64,000 nucleotides of DNA. It comes from Lobosporangium transversale (taxonomy: Eukaryota). The notes beneath the pieces are model-generated. The model was not told the origin of the DNA. It was given only the letters and a program-made list of their open reading frames with translations, and searched no databases. Below are positions 25,697 through 39,300 of the stretch, in pieces (position 1 is the stretch's first letter; each line of letters starts with the position of its first letter). Made by a program: the position numbers and the translations under genes. The DNA lies in assembly GCF_002105155.1 (NCBI RefSeq), contig NW_019029010.1:310001-374000 (forward strand). Reading direction: 5' to 3'.

Positions 25697-26949
25697 ATGG
25701 AGCAGCTTAACCGTTCAGTAAGTGTACTGATTTACACTTGAGTAAACATATTACATGAGCCATGTATATGTCGGCAATCGCTCATTTAATCTTCCCCTGG
25801 GATTCTGACCATCTATTGACGCGTTGTGTATTATAGATTTCCAGGCTCAAGCCACCTATGAAGATTACTTCATCCTCAACCTCGTCTTCAACTATTGCCA
25901 CAGCTTTGGCAGTGGCAGCTGCTCTTGATGGAAATGAGAACTCTGTTGCGACAGCAAATCATGGCAATTACAACAGTGCAATAGAGACAATAAATACAAC
26001 AGCTAATGTTCCTGGCAAAATGGTAGCAGGGGTTAAAAGAAAGGCTGAGGATACCACTCTTGAAAAGAGGACAAGGCCCCACCCATCAAACCAACCAAAC
26101 CGCAGTTCAACTTCATCAGTAGTATCTAATACACCAGCTAATACCACAGCTAAACCATCAGTATTGACAAGTGCCAAAGCGGGAGTCGTAAACGCAAGGG
26201 CACCCTTAAAGCGTACTACACAACATGACTCTACAGCGTCCAAACCCACAGTGTTACGACGCTCTGCTACGACGGCCTCAAGAACATCGTTCACGGCCAG
26301 TACAATATCTCACACAACAACCTCAAAGACTGGAAATGGAGTCTCTCTGAGCACAGCAAGAAATCACCCTCAGTCACGCCTAAAAACTGCAAGTCAGCAA
26401 TCATCTGCCAACCCATCCGATGTACAATCGTTGAATGGGGAATCCGGAACCTCTTCCGAACATACAAATGGTGCTGGTATTTTGAATGCGTTAGCACTAT
26501 CCAAGAAGAAAAAGCGCCCTGCGTGGGATACAAAAGGGCGCTTAGAAGATATGGAGGAATTGACCAGCACGCTGCACCAACTGTTACAAACGTCTACCAA
26601 CAACATGAATGACTTAAACAGCAAGCTTTTATCGAGCGAGAACAAGAGTGAGTTTGATCTTACAATGACAACTTTGACAATCGAATCAAGGACCGATCTT
26701 ATCTTGATAGATTCTCCCCCAAATTTCAGGGTGGGAAATTGACGTACCTTATTGTTCATTTGACTATAATAGTCTCCGAACTCGAGGCGTTTCGCCAAAA
26801 CCTCGAGAGTAAAGTTGCAGTCAAGGAAAATGAGAATAAGGATATTCTGCAAAAGATGAGGCACGTTGAACAGGACTTACAGGCAAGTTAAAAGATTTTA
26901 ATCAACGTGGGGGATAAACTATTGTATGCTTTTGTCATTTATAATTAGT

Positions 26950-26982
<33 letters not shown>

Positions 26983-28794
26983 AATGTGTTTCATATTCTT
27001 TTAGATGACCGCTAAACAGCATGAAAGTGAGATACAGACTTTGAAAGCGCAGCATTCAATTGAAATGGAGCAACTTAGAGCGATGCAAGTTAGACTCAAG
27101 TCAGAAAGCGATAGACTTGAAACGAATTTACGTACCACTAATATGCAATTGGATCAGCAAATTCAAGAGAACTCAAGTTTACGTGCTACTATTTCAACTC
27201 AATCCTCCAACTGCTTGGCGCTTGAGAGTGATAACCGTGCTCTCAAGATGAAAATCGAGGTAATATTGATAAGTGTAATTTAAACTCGGAATATAATCAT
27301 ACAATTACAATATATTAATTGAGCTTTTTCTTTGTACTTACAGCGGACAGAAACTACTCTTGCTCAACGGGAATCTACCATCGAAAAGCTTGAGCGAGAA
27401 TTATCGGAGTCGCAAACGATTGTTCGGGAGTTGGAACAGCGTATCCGACAGGAAGAGACGATCCGACGTCGCCTTCACAACACTATCCTTGAACTTAAAG
27501 GAAATATTCGCGTTTTTTGCAGGGTGCGTCCAGTATCGCCATCGGATAATGCACGTAAAGCTGACACTTCTACTGCACAAATCAAATATCCTGACCAGGA
27601 AGGTCGAGAGATTGAGTTTGCACATTCAACCGGGTCAGCGACTGGGTCGCAAATTGAGAAAGCCTATCCCTTCACGTTCGACAGGGTCTTTAAACCATCT
27701 TCAACACAAGATGATGTGTTTGAAGAAATATCACAACTCGTGCAGTCTGCATTAGATGGTTACCATGTTTGCATCTTCGCCTATGGTCAAACAGGAAGCG
27801 GGAAGACCCACACGATGGAAGGACCACTGAATGCTGATGCAAAGTCGATGGGTATGATTCCTCGATCGGTGTTACAAATTTATGAGCATGCCAAAGCACT
27901 TGAGTCCAAAGGATGGGTATATACAATGGAGGGCCAATATATCGAGATTTACAACGAGACCATTAATGACCTATTGGCAAATGAAGGAACAGACTCTGGC
28001 AAGAAGCACGAAATCCGTCATGGACCTAATGGAATAACTACTATTACAGATGTCACAACCGTTATGCTGACTTCACCAGCAAAGGTTGCTGCACTGCTCA
28101 AGAAAGCTGCTCACAACCGGTCTGTAGGATCGACACAGATGAACGAACGTTCCTCCCGTAGCCACTGGTATGAACACAAACATCAGATGATTTTGGTAGG
28201 CGATTAGCCATAACTTTAATGATACTCATATCCTGCAATATTATCTGTTTTATGATTTGATCAAAACAGTGTGTTTACGCTTAGACTATCAGGAAAAAAT
28301 ACAATCACGGAAGAAGCGAGTATGGGGGTTCTCAATTTGATCGATCTAGCAGGATCAGAGCGCCTATCACAATCAGGGGCTACTGGAGAACGTCTTAAAG
28401 AAACCCAGGCAATTAATAAGAGCTTAAGTTGTCTAGGGGATGTCATCTACGCCATCTCCAACAAAGATCCACATATACCATATCGCAACTCAAAGGTAAA
28501 TGTAAATATATTTTATCTAAAAAAAAAAAAAGTCATCGACTAATGCAGAGCTTTGTCCTATTTCTTTTTTATTTTATTGTTGATCATTTATTTTATTACA
28601 TTTTATTTGGTTTCCTGAAACAGCTTACATATCTACTACAAAACTCGCTTGGAGGAAATAGTAAGACACTAATGTTTGTTAATGTGTCGCCATTAATGAG
28701 TAATTTCAATGAGACCTTGTGCTCATTACGATTTGCCACCAAAGTCAACTCATGCACAATTGGCACAGCCACGAAACGTCAGGTGAAAGCATGA
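25697..28794 (+). CDS. KAR3: Kinesin-14 with C-terminal motor (Kar3/KlpA), multi-exon; first exon 25697-25717; one GC-AG intron
   Basis: [11 protein letters not shown]; neck [24 protein letters not shown]-loop GQTGSGKT; switch I NERSSRSH; switch [25 protein letters not shown]. Confidence 0.95.
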
Positions 28795-29334
28795 GATTAA
28801 TTTATATCTGTCAAGATAGGATGGGACTATGGGTGTTTGTATCATATAACTATTATTAAAACTTGATCGAGGTGTATGTAATAAGTAAACACATCCACAA
28901 CGTCTAGTGTTGCCCCTACTTTTTTCCCGTCCATCGTTACCATACCCGCTGACGGGAAGATTTTTTGCTGGGAAAGAGGCGAGAATCATTTTTCAAATAA
29001 AGAATCGGCGTCCATAAAATCACAAGGGTTTTGTAATACAGCTATTCAGTCTAGACTTATCTGAAGAATTGACTGACGGCTGCATGAATCTAATACACCT
29101 GTCGTCTTCTTTCTTCTTTGTCTTTGTTTCTTTTGCCGTTGCGCATGTGCCCTCATCCTCACGCACACATTCACAGAAACACTCATCTACCCTTCTTCAT
29201 TACTCTTTTTGTCATCTTTAAACACTATAAACGCCGGCCTGAAATTCTTTGACTGCTCCCTTCCAAAATTAATAGATTAATCCTGCCTTAAGTTTAATTA
29301 TCATATTTGGTGTTTGTACAGCTGTTACCAACCA

Positions 29335-32300
29335 ATGGCTCTGCAGACAGACAGCAGCCAAAGTAACGGCTTTGACAATCCATCTTCCACCGTCACGACT
29401 GTGACTCGCGATCATGATCCTCCTTCTTCGGATGACACACTCTCCTCTCCACCACCAGTTAAACTCAGAGCACAAAACACCTCCACTTCTCATGAAACAA
29501 AAGCACAACCATCAGGCTTCAGCCGTTCTGAGGGTGGTATCCTGACCAGGACTGGCAACCGCAAGTCAAAAACAGGAGTAATATCGGTGACAGCAGCTAA
29601 AAGGAGTCCTAATCACGCGTCTCTAGGGTCCCGTACCTTATTACAGGTCATGAGAATGTCAAATCGTAAACTAAAGAGCCATTATGTCTCGTCACGGTCG
29701 CTTTCAATTCATCGTCAAGTGCTCGTGAAGAATTTCCTATCTCTTTTGTACAACTTGAGTTCACAGGAATGGTCCGACGATAGTGACGAAGAGGATGATT
29801 CTTGGGAAGAGAGCTCGGGTGATCAAGACCAATCTCATTGTTTATCCAGTATGATGCTTGAAGAAGACCACCAGGATAGACGGAAAGAGCAAACTGTTCA
29901 GATGGCTCCTGAAGTAAGCAGTAATGAAGAGATTGAAGATATAAATGATACCGGGAAAAGTGTCAAGCTCAAGGAAACCGGGTTGAGACCATGGAGCAGT
30001 GAGGATAAACAAGCCGAGGACAGCGCAAACTCAGCGGTATGGAAGGTTGCCTTTACATTAGGATTGACTCAACAGGTAAAAGAAAAAAAAAGAAGTCTTT
30101 TAACATATTCAATTCAATATGGGTGCTTTAAAGAAGTAGTAAAGAGTACTACATCTCATCGGGAGCTATTTATGGTCTATTAAAACCTTAGGGTGTAGAA
30201 AAATCAACGGATACGCCTTTGCCCGAGTCAACAGATCATATACAGCTATCATCCGGCCCCACCGCAACACCAGTATCGTCTCACTCTTTGAGTGTATCTC
30301 GAGCGAAATCCTCGACTACCGTTATACCCCTAACAAAGCCATCGTCACTATCCACAACTCCACCGCCCATTAGAGGACATCCCCGACCGACTCATAAAGG
30401 CAGAGATCAGCAGCCGCGTCCAAGGTCGGCTGAAATACCTCAGTCGCTGCAGACATACCTCTCAAATGTTTTTGACGTAGATTGGACGGTGGCTCTTTCT
30501 GTCTCCGAAGATTCCCTTTTTACACATGCAGGATCTTTGACAGCTAGACCTCGTTCTCTAGTTCTTTCTTCAACTTCACCAGGAGGAAGCTCAGCCCTTG
30601 GTGTCCCTACAATGCCTCCTTCTCCGACCAAAAGAGGATCATCCTTGGCATCTGTTTCATTTAATTCTCCTTCATCCACTTCACTGTCAAAGGCTGATGG
30701 ATCAAATCGTAACGTACGTGCGCCAATTAGAGTAGAAATCCAACTTGCGAGTCAGCACCAGAAGCGCATCAAAACAGCTGTACGGATGGCATCAACTTTA
30801 CCTGAAAAGGATACTGTAAAAGAGCCCACCAATTCGGCAGTAACTTCGAAAGCATCTCTCTCAAAAGAGCCAAACAAAGTCAATCTTAGCCGCAGTGGAA
30901 ATAATAGCAGTGGAAACGGAGGGACGAATATGCCTGCAAAAAATACTCATAGCACGGCAAGAGAGACGCCTTTGAAGCAATCTCCGATCCAAAGTAATAA
31001 CCGAAAATCAACGCTTGCCCCTGGTCGACAATCATCCCTGCAGCATACTGGCAGCCAGCTGCTAAAGACTAGGATTCTTGGAAAATCCAATATTCGAGAA
31101 CTTCAAAATGTCGACCCCAATAATAAGCGCCAAGAGAATAGGATACCTCAAGAGCCCGACAAGACGCAAGGATGCCAGATCAAGACACCAAACAGGACTA
31201 TTACTGCAGCAAGAAAGAAAGCTGATCCCAATGCGCGTAATGATCGGTCAGCTAATCCTATTCATACCCCGAAGGTTCTGTCTTCATTAGCATCTACACC
31301 ATTTTTCTCGCGACGAACTAGTTCCCTATTTATTGCCAATGGAGCTGCTAATGACCAGCCGATTGTTCATCGGAGCAGTAAAGGCCCTACGACGCATGAA
31401 ATGCTGTCAACGCCACCAATAGTAATGAATAACCCATCGCATGGACCTCAAAGTCCATCGAGTACCCATTCTATGACCACTATCAGCAATGCAAATAGTC
31501 AGCGGGCACAAGATGGATCACGTTCATCGTTTCTCAACGGTAGAACCATCAATGGCTCTCCATCATCACCATCGTTATTGCAGTCAAATAAACCCTCCGG
31601 AAAGAAGACAGAGCCGTCCACTAAATCGTCGTCTGGGTCCCCACTTCTTCCGCCATTTTTGTCAAACATTCTATCAAGCCAACAGAACCCTACATCTACA
31701 CCGCTTCAAAAGCCTCAGTTACAGCCACAGCGGCAACAGGCACATGCACGCTCTGCTTCGTCCGCGCTCAGGGCTAGGTCACCATCAATTCACCAGTCTC
31801 GTATTGAAAGTAGCGGAATGGTGAGTGCTAGCCGGAGTAGTGGGATGTTAAAGTTCAGTACCAATGATCTAACTCAGCGAAGTTTGCAATCGCTGACCAC
31901 TCCTCAGCTGCAGCACCGGTCGTCCAGGACAGAATCTCATCCTTATTATAACCATCCACAGAAGCAAAAGCATGAACAAAAACAGCAACAGGAACAGGAG
32001 CAACGCTCCCCCATACTGGCAAAACACACTGGCTATTTTGGGAAACCAGACCATACTTTGGCAATGCAGCTACGCGCGATCCCCGAAAATCATAATGGTT
32101 ATAGTGGTACCAATGGGACTCATGGGAGCATCAATGATTCACACCCTTCAAAACCGACACCAAAAACAAATATGCATGCTTTAGACAGTTATCCTTCAGT
32201 ACTTTGCGATGGCAATATAAGGAATGGAAGGAACAGCCCTAATCACAACCGGCATGAGGCTAGTGGTCATAGTACGAATAATAGTAACCGCTGGTCAAGT

Positions 32301-32348
32301 GTCAAGTCCATGTTAGGGCTTCGAGCTCGTTCGAATGTAGGAAAATGA
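29335..32348 (+). CDS. Large, mostly disordered Ser/Pro-rich unknown protein; exons 29335-30036, 30192-32348
   Basis: Two long ORFs joined in frame by a phase-0 GT-AG intron at 30037-30191; no domain recognised. Confidence 0.75.
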
Positions 32349-32550
32349 TACCAGTTGAGAGGAGAGAGAGAGAAAAAAAACTATAATTTATAATCAGCTC
32401 ATCATCTACATTAAGAAACAGTTTACTTATTTTTATGTAATGTTGAAGGTAAATAGGAATGGTGTATAAAGGTTCTTTTCGTATCTATCATTCCTTTCAT
32501 ATTTTAATAAATAAAGACTACATAGTTTTGTGGAGAGATATTGCACAGTA

Positions 32551-33324
32551 TTAGCAAGTGATGTAGGGCTTGTATCGTATGCTTAGTCGTTTGTCCTCAT
32601 AGTAGCGGTGCCGAAAAGTGTCCAAATCGACGTTGCAGATCAAGTCACTATTTGTAATGTCAAGAAGGGCGCCCATTTGAACGTCCTCGGCCTTATTGTA
32701 GTAACTGAGGACGCCGCTGTTGTCTTTCAGTTTGGAGCGCAAATAATCTGTTTTAACCATAAACAAAGGCCCGTTGCTCCAATAGAAGCCTGCTTGAGTT
32801 TTGCGCATGTTTCCAGCATACTTGCAGTCTGCTGCAGCAAATTCGCTAACTAGATTGTCCAAGATGGTCTTTGAGATGATGGTATCATCGTCTAACTTGA
32901 CAACGACGTCGCTGCGGTCCAAGAGAGTGTTAAAGTCTGATGAGAGTAGCCAATCCTTTGCTTTATGTCCCAAAAAGTCATAATTGTAGTTTTTGTTCAT
33001 TTTGATATTGCAGGAACTGTCGAGATTATCAGCATCACACACTTTGACAGCTTGGTTGAAATGCCAGAGAACGGCTGCGAAGGGACTGACGGTGCAACCA
33101 ATGTACATGAAGATGTCATATTTGACAGAGTTGGAAGGATCCTTTCCTTTTAGGACTCGAATATTTTCGACCTCAAACTCCATTCTATTCCTCCAAGAAA
33201 AATAGTCAGCTTGAAGACGCAAAGTCGATCCCAATAAAAGGCCGACAGTTACTAGCCATATGAGGAACCGTCCTACAAATGCTTTTGGAGGACACGTGAG
33301 CCCCAATCGATGCTTCGGTCCCAT
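32551..33324 (-). CDS. Type II membrane glycosyltransferase, GT31/galactosyltransferase-like
   Basis: First in-frame ATG at 33324 (MGPKHRL); signal anchor FLIWLVTVGLLLG; Y.FL..K motif, VVKLDDDT (DxD) and EDVQMG motifs typical of GT31. Confidence 0.75.
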   Translation of the reverse strand: MGPKHRLGLTCPPKAFVGRFLIWLVTVGLLLGSTLRLQADYFSWRNRMEFEVENIRVLKGKDPSNSVKYDIFMYIGCTVSPFAAVLWHFNQAVKVCDADNLDSSCNIKMNKNYNYDFLGHKAKDWLLSSDFNTLLDRSDVVVKLDDDTIISKTILDNLVSEFAAADCKYAGNMRKTQAGFYWSNGPLFMVKTDYLRSKLKDNSGVLSYYNKAEDVQMGALLDITNSDLICNVDLDTFRHRYYEDKRLSIRYKPYITC

Positions 33325-34573
33325 TGGGTCCACTGATGTAAAGGAAATAAAAAAAGCGAGGGGCAGATCCACTGAGCTAATAAGAATGCGACCTGACCAA
33401 CTGTTTTATTTCATGATCCAGTTAGTGGTTTTGCCCTTAAAAATGAAACACAACCAACAAGAATAAAAATAAAATAAATAGAGGTTGTACAAAGCAATAA
33501 ACCTTTTTTTATTGACTTACTCTTGATTGTTTGAGATGAATTATTTGACGAAAGATGGAAAGAAAAGAGAGTGAGAGAGAGTGAGAGTGAGAGAGAGTAA
33601 GATGAACTTTTTTACATTGTGGAGATGAGAAGCAGATGTGAGATGAGAGGATGCAGTGGAAGTGAAATACTTTGTACTGTACAAACAGTCCTAAACGTGG
33701 CTAACGGTTTTTTAGTGTTTGCTTGGTCATTTTCGCCCTCCCCTTCAAATTTGATTTAACATGGTATAGTAACTACCAGGTCAAATCGATGAAAAGTAAA
33801 CATCCGATAGCCAATCCCATGAGCATCGTTTAATAAAATGACGAATGTAGTATAAAAGGCCTCTGCGCAAAGGCCATTACCGCTGAGACAGATCTTGCTA
33901 CATATCCTCTTAATGCAATTTGGATACCAAAGACAGGTGGAAAAAAAAAAAAATTAAACAAAAAAAGTAAATTCAGATAGACATAGACTATTATTCAAAG
34001 GGTTATTGAATGATGTTGGTTGATCGTATATCAAGAGAAGATTCTCACCATGGACTAGCAAGACTGAATAAAAGCGACATCTAAATTGGACGATGTAGCC
34101 GTTGTAAAGCGAGGAAAGTCTGCATTCCTAGGTCCATTATTGAACCTGAATTTGTTCTTGGCATCTAAAACATGGTAAAAGTTGAAGGCTTTTGAGCAGC
34201 CGCACAGCTGTTGACAATAGCAGTGATAGACGTTTATAGGTATGAAGATAAACTCTTGACGGCTTGAAGGGGGAAGTGCTTGTAGCCGGTAGCATCGACA
34301 ATAATGACATTGATGGAGGAGCAGTCGATAAAAAAAACATGCTGGCTCCAACAAAGAGTTATAAGACCGAGGAGCAGTCGGTAGTTAAAGATAAGTTACA
34401 TAGCACATCTACATGTGATTTATTGTATAGTACCATTTACTTTATTTCAACACCCATGCAACATTAAGAAGCACTTTAGAGCTCAAGAATTAAGGCAAGT
34501 ATAGGCGTCATATGAGGTCAGTGATGAAAAGGATATGGACATACTTGTAAAACTCAAGGCAGTCATGTCTTTC

Positions 34574-35295
34574 TTAAAGACCAAACTCGACTTCAATTGT
34601 CTTGCGACCAGAAATGACAAGATTGGTTAAGACGCCCGCCAGAACTAATGAGGGAATAGGCTTTTGCTGGCGAAGGGTTCGTCTCATGTTCAAAAACATG
34701 TATGTTAGACACCATGCTAGTCAATCCAAGGGAGATGACGTACAATTAGAAGAGGGATTTTAACGACGATGTTGGCAGAGAGGCAAATCAACTTAAGCTT
34801 GTACCTGTGGTTGTTCCAGATCCATTTTCAGGGTCTTTCATATACTTCATATACCTGTATATAAAAAAAAAAGAAAAAGAAAAAGCAAAAAGAAAAAGCA
34901 AAAAGAAAAAGGTAAAAAGATTAATTCAAGCCGATCTATGGTATGAGAACTACACATGCAGAAAAAAAAACTTACCCGGATCCGGCCCATATCGCTGAGA
35001 AGCCCATCATAACACCAAAATGAGGTAGACCTGAGCCTGCTCGTGCTGCTACTGGAGCAGCAGCTGCGCCTAGGAAGATTCAGATTTGTAATATGGAAAA
35101 AAAGGATTGTTTAGATATTGAATCAAGTCCAAGTTATTAGGAAGCTGTGCAGTAGGCAAGTGAAAAGTGTAGTCCCTTACAAATAGCAGACAGAGTCCAC
35201 TCTGGGTATGGTTGGGCTGCAATACGATACAGGGCCGATTGGCGGTATGCCACGACCGAAGCAGAAGGCCCCTCCGATGCCTGCGCGGATGCCAT
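34574..35295 (-). CDS. AIM19: AIM19-like small mitochondrial membrane protein, 133 aa; exons 35295-35181, 35069-34976, 34854-34805, 34716-34574
   Basis: Manual splicing through three GT-AG introns gives 402 nt in frame: MASAQ...PYPEWTLSAICAAAPV...MGFSAIWAGSGYMKYMKDPENGSGTTTAWCLTYMF...EVEFGL*. The GYM..D.ENGSG.TTAW segment resembles Aim19. Confidence 0.75.
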
Positions 35296-36395
35296 GGTGA
35301 AATGAAGACCAATTCATTACAGCTCATTCGGGTAATCTCTATTGAGGTGGCTTTTTCTTTTTTTTTTTTTTTTTGCGCCACCAAATAATGCGATGTGGTG
35401 ACACAAAGGAGAACTTGGTGCTGGTCTTGCCACTAAACCCTCAAAAAACCCCTTCGGTTCCACAGGATCGTTAGACACCCAAGTATGTATTTTAAGCCTA
35501 CCCTGTGCCTGTCGGGCCAGCCATCTTTAACCCAGTCTTTTTTTATTTTCTTTTTCTTTTTGATTAGTTATTGATTGTTAGGATCGCCTTCGAAGCTTCA
35601 AACAATATGTTACCTCTTTTATTGTGCTCCTCAAGGAACAGCAGTGTAGATTCTAGGCATACTTCCACGTACCTCTCCATGTAGGACGGTATCCTTCAGC
35701 ATCTATGTTTTTATCCTAACCGCTATCATGATAACGTAAATAAAAACCTACTAAAAACGCCTCGAGTATCAGGCAGATTCCATTGAGATTTTTTGAAGCA
35801 ATTGGATCCCCTTCATCGCTTTAGCTGCTGTATGTACTCGAGAATGAGTTGAATATGAGTATAGTGGAGCAAGGTCTGCAGCCAGCTCCTGAAATGACAG
35901 GTGTAGGTAAATTAACTGCCTCTATTCTATGATCCTATTAGCTTACCCAAAATCAAATCGAACCACTGGTACATTGGACCATATCTTACGGTTGGCTTTG
36001 TGTAAAAATCAACTCAAATAGTACTTATTTCCATAGGTCCAAAACATGATAGGGCGGCTAGAAGGATAGCTTCCTGTATGCTACTATATACGATGTGTGA
36101 GGAGCGCCAATAGGTTTGGGCTCAGATGTAAGGATGTGCTGTATAGGGCTATTACAACTAATCAAATTATCAGCATCGATTACTCTCAAGGAGAAAGGAA
36201 TAAACCCCAGTTGGTCTATCCTGGGATGGCCTGGTCAAGGCATCTCTTCAGAAGCTAGACAATAATGACAATGGTGCTGAGAGTACAGCTTGTTAAATAT
36301 CTCGTTCATTGTTTTGTCGTCTGAGGCGGAAAACACTAGCCAAATCTATTTAATACAATTTTCCGTATTCCGGAATATCAGCAGTGATTCCAACT

Positions 36396-39300
36396 CTAAT
36401 TGTACTTGATGAAGTATCCGGCAACCAGTATTGCGAGCCCAATAATGCTACAGAAGAAGTAGAAAGCCCTACTCTTATTGGTAGCAACTTTACTCTCTGG
36501 TTGTACCGCATCGATTTGGTTCAGATGAATACCATTAACTACTAGGTTTTTTAAACCATTCTCATGATGCAGCTGCCACCCCTGTTTATACTTCAAGCCA
36601 CTGCTGTCATTGGAATCGGATGGATTAATATCGGCAACTAAAGTATAATTATTGTCTGCAGTTGTGTCCATTGCACCAGTGGTCCTTGTGCTCTCATCGA
36701 AGCCTATCATGCCATCCTCAGTATCTGGTCCCATATCCACCTCTGGCTTTTCAAGAGTCACTGGTGTTTCGGCCAATACATGTTTTAATGGCATCTCCAC
36801 CTCTTCACCATCGTCCATATTCTCGAGGCGCTCGCCCCATAACTTGATTCTCCAGTCAATTAGCTTTCCTTTAAAGTCTGAATTGTTTTGGTCACGAACT
36901 ACCAGGCTCCAGTTTCCGACAGGGTCCTCTCCCCTTTGTAAATGAAATTAATAAATGAATGAAAATAGGCTTTAGAGGTTGACCATTATAAGCATTTAAC
37001 ATTAAACATCCGTTCGAATTTTATACCAATGCTTCACTGTCATGAATGTCCAGTTGGCAAATCCCGTAGTTGCGTTATCAAACTGCCGCCTTGTGCCTAG
37101 CCTTGATTCGATTTGATGAGGGCTTGTCAAGGTCACCTCTACGTCGCCCCGTCGCCCATGCTCGATATTCACGGTGACTGTGACATGCTCCAACATCCCC
37201 AACTGAGCCCCTTTAGCTTTCAACTCTGCTTTTGAGACCTTGATCATGGAGGAAATCCCTTTACCGTCTTGTGGTATCGGTTTTTGGACAATAACAGTAG
37301 GAGGATAAAAGAATGTCTGCGGCCGAAGGCTTTGAAAGGCTTTGGCGGCCTCCACGAGCTTATACGCGTCTAGAGAACCGTAACCAAATTTGTGGTTGAA
37401 GAGTCGTCCTGCATGAGTCTTTTCCCAATCGGGATCGGAAACAGAGACTGGTGTTGCTGTGTCCATGAGCAGGTACTGAACATCGCGCCAGCTGAGGTCT
37501 GGGCGCATAGACAGCACAAGAGCGATCATGCCTGCAGCAATGGGTGCGGCTGCACTGGTACCGCCATGATGCTCAAAGCAACGCCGTTTACCTACATCGC
37601 AAGTATACTACAAAGTAGAAAGAAGGGAAAAGAAGCTACTCAAAACACATCCACATCCATGCTGAATTTTACAAAGACACATACACAAACAAAAAAAAAA
37701 AAAAAAGAAAAAAAAGGATCATACAATGGCTTTTCCAGCTCCATTGCTGTAGGTCACTGCCAACTGTGCCGAACAGGGCTCTGAATAATAAGGGTATCCT
37801 TGTGTATGATCAATGGCTCCAATGCTTACTGTATACAGGCTGTTGGCATACCCGTCAAAGTTACAATTGTCATCCTGGCTGGCTCCATTACCCGTCGCAA
37901 AGACATAAATACTACCAAGCCCTCCACGGCCATTTTTGATTCCGTTAACAATTGCGTCATACACGACACCTCTAGGTGCATCCATACTTCGTCCATCATC
38001 GGGCGGCCCCCAGCTACAAGAGTACACATGATTTTGCTGGAACTGGTAGTTGAGCGCTGCTGCTTCTTCTGCATCGGTAATTTGGCCAGAGAGGATACGG
38101 ATTCCTGCAACTTTGGCTCCAAATGCGACACCAACGCCGCATAGGTCGTTCTTTGCAGCTGCGATTTCACCAGCGCAACGCGTGCCATGATTATCATCAA
38201 CTAGGCGAGGCTTTGGCAGGGCGGTATGATCATTAAAATCCCAAGATCCTTCCTTGAACTTTTATTTTGGAGCCCGAAAGAGAAATACAAGAAGTTAGTC
38301 GTGAAACTTTGTCAGGAACATGCTTTTTCCCGTCATAATACATAGTACTTTCATTCTTTTTGTCTTACAAAGTTTGGTGCAAGATCTTCACTATCCATAT
38401 CAAGGCCATCATCAATAATCGCTACGTTCACTCCAGTGCCATTGATCCCTACCCTTAGTGCCGTAGTTAGTTGGTTATGTTCAACGCCAGAAACTTGTTA
38501 ATACCATAATATCTACAGGCTGAACAGCTCCTACCTTGCTCCCATACTCCAGTAACATTGATATCGTGTCTACTCTCAGCATTATACTGTTATTTAAAAT
38601 CAAAACCCTCATGAATAATCAGCAACGTGTCAAAATGGCATTTTACTATATGTTGTCTTCTAAAAACTCACCAGGTGCCATTGGTAGCGGAATCCTGGAT
38701 CCCTCAATTCAAATGCTTGCTTTAATTCATCCTCAGATAGCCCTTGAGCCCCTTTCCCACCCTCATCAAGGCTCTCAGATCTTCCGTTCCCATCTTCTCC
38801 TAGCTTCTCGCCCCCTCCACTATAATGATTCCGCTCCTGTTCCTGTTTCCAATATCTCTCGCTTTCTTCTCCTTTCCTTTCTCTCTGTTCACCGTGTTCT
38901 TCGGCATTTCTATTCTTTTCTTGCACTAGCGGTAGAGGCGCGCGCTTTTTGGCACGATACCGCAGCTCCTGTTTATAGATTTCCTTCATTATACGGACGA
39001 CACTAGCATGATCCCTTTCTTGATAGCGACGTCGCTGATATCTTCCACCCTGGCTCAAACTTTGGTTTTGCAAGGATAATTGAACAGAGAATTGTTGCTT
39101 TAAGCGATGAAACCGCTCTATTACAGGGTCTTGTATCAACCTTGATATCGAAACATTTTTATCTGATTCCTCGCCTGTCTCTACTTTACCCTCGGCCGAG
39201 TTATCTAAGGCCGAAGCAAATGACCTTTTGGAATGGTAGTTCTGGTGACTATCTTGTCTCTTCTTCATGTTATTAGCTTGAGGGACCGAGGAAGCAGTAG

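Noticed and set aside
34055..34354. Cys-rich 99-aa ORF downstream of the AIM19-like gene
   Set aside because: Non-ATG start, no recognisable motif spacing, and it lies in the probable 3' UTR or intergenic region.
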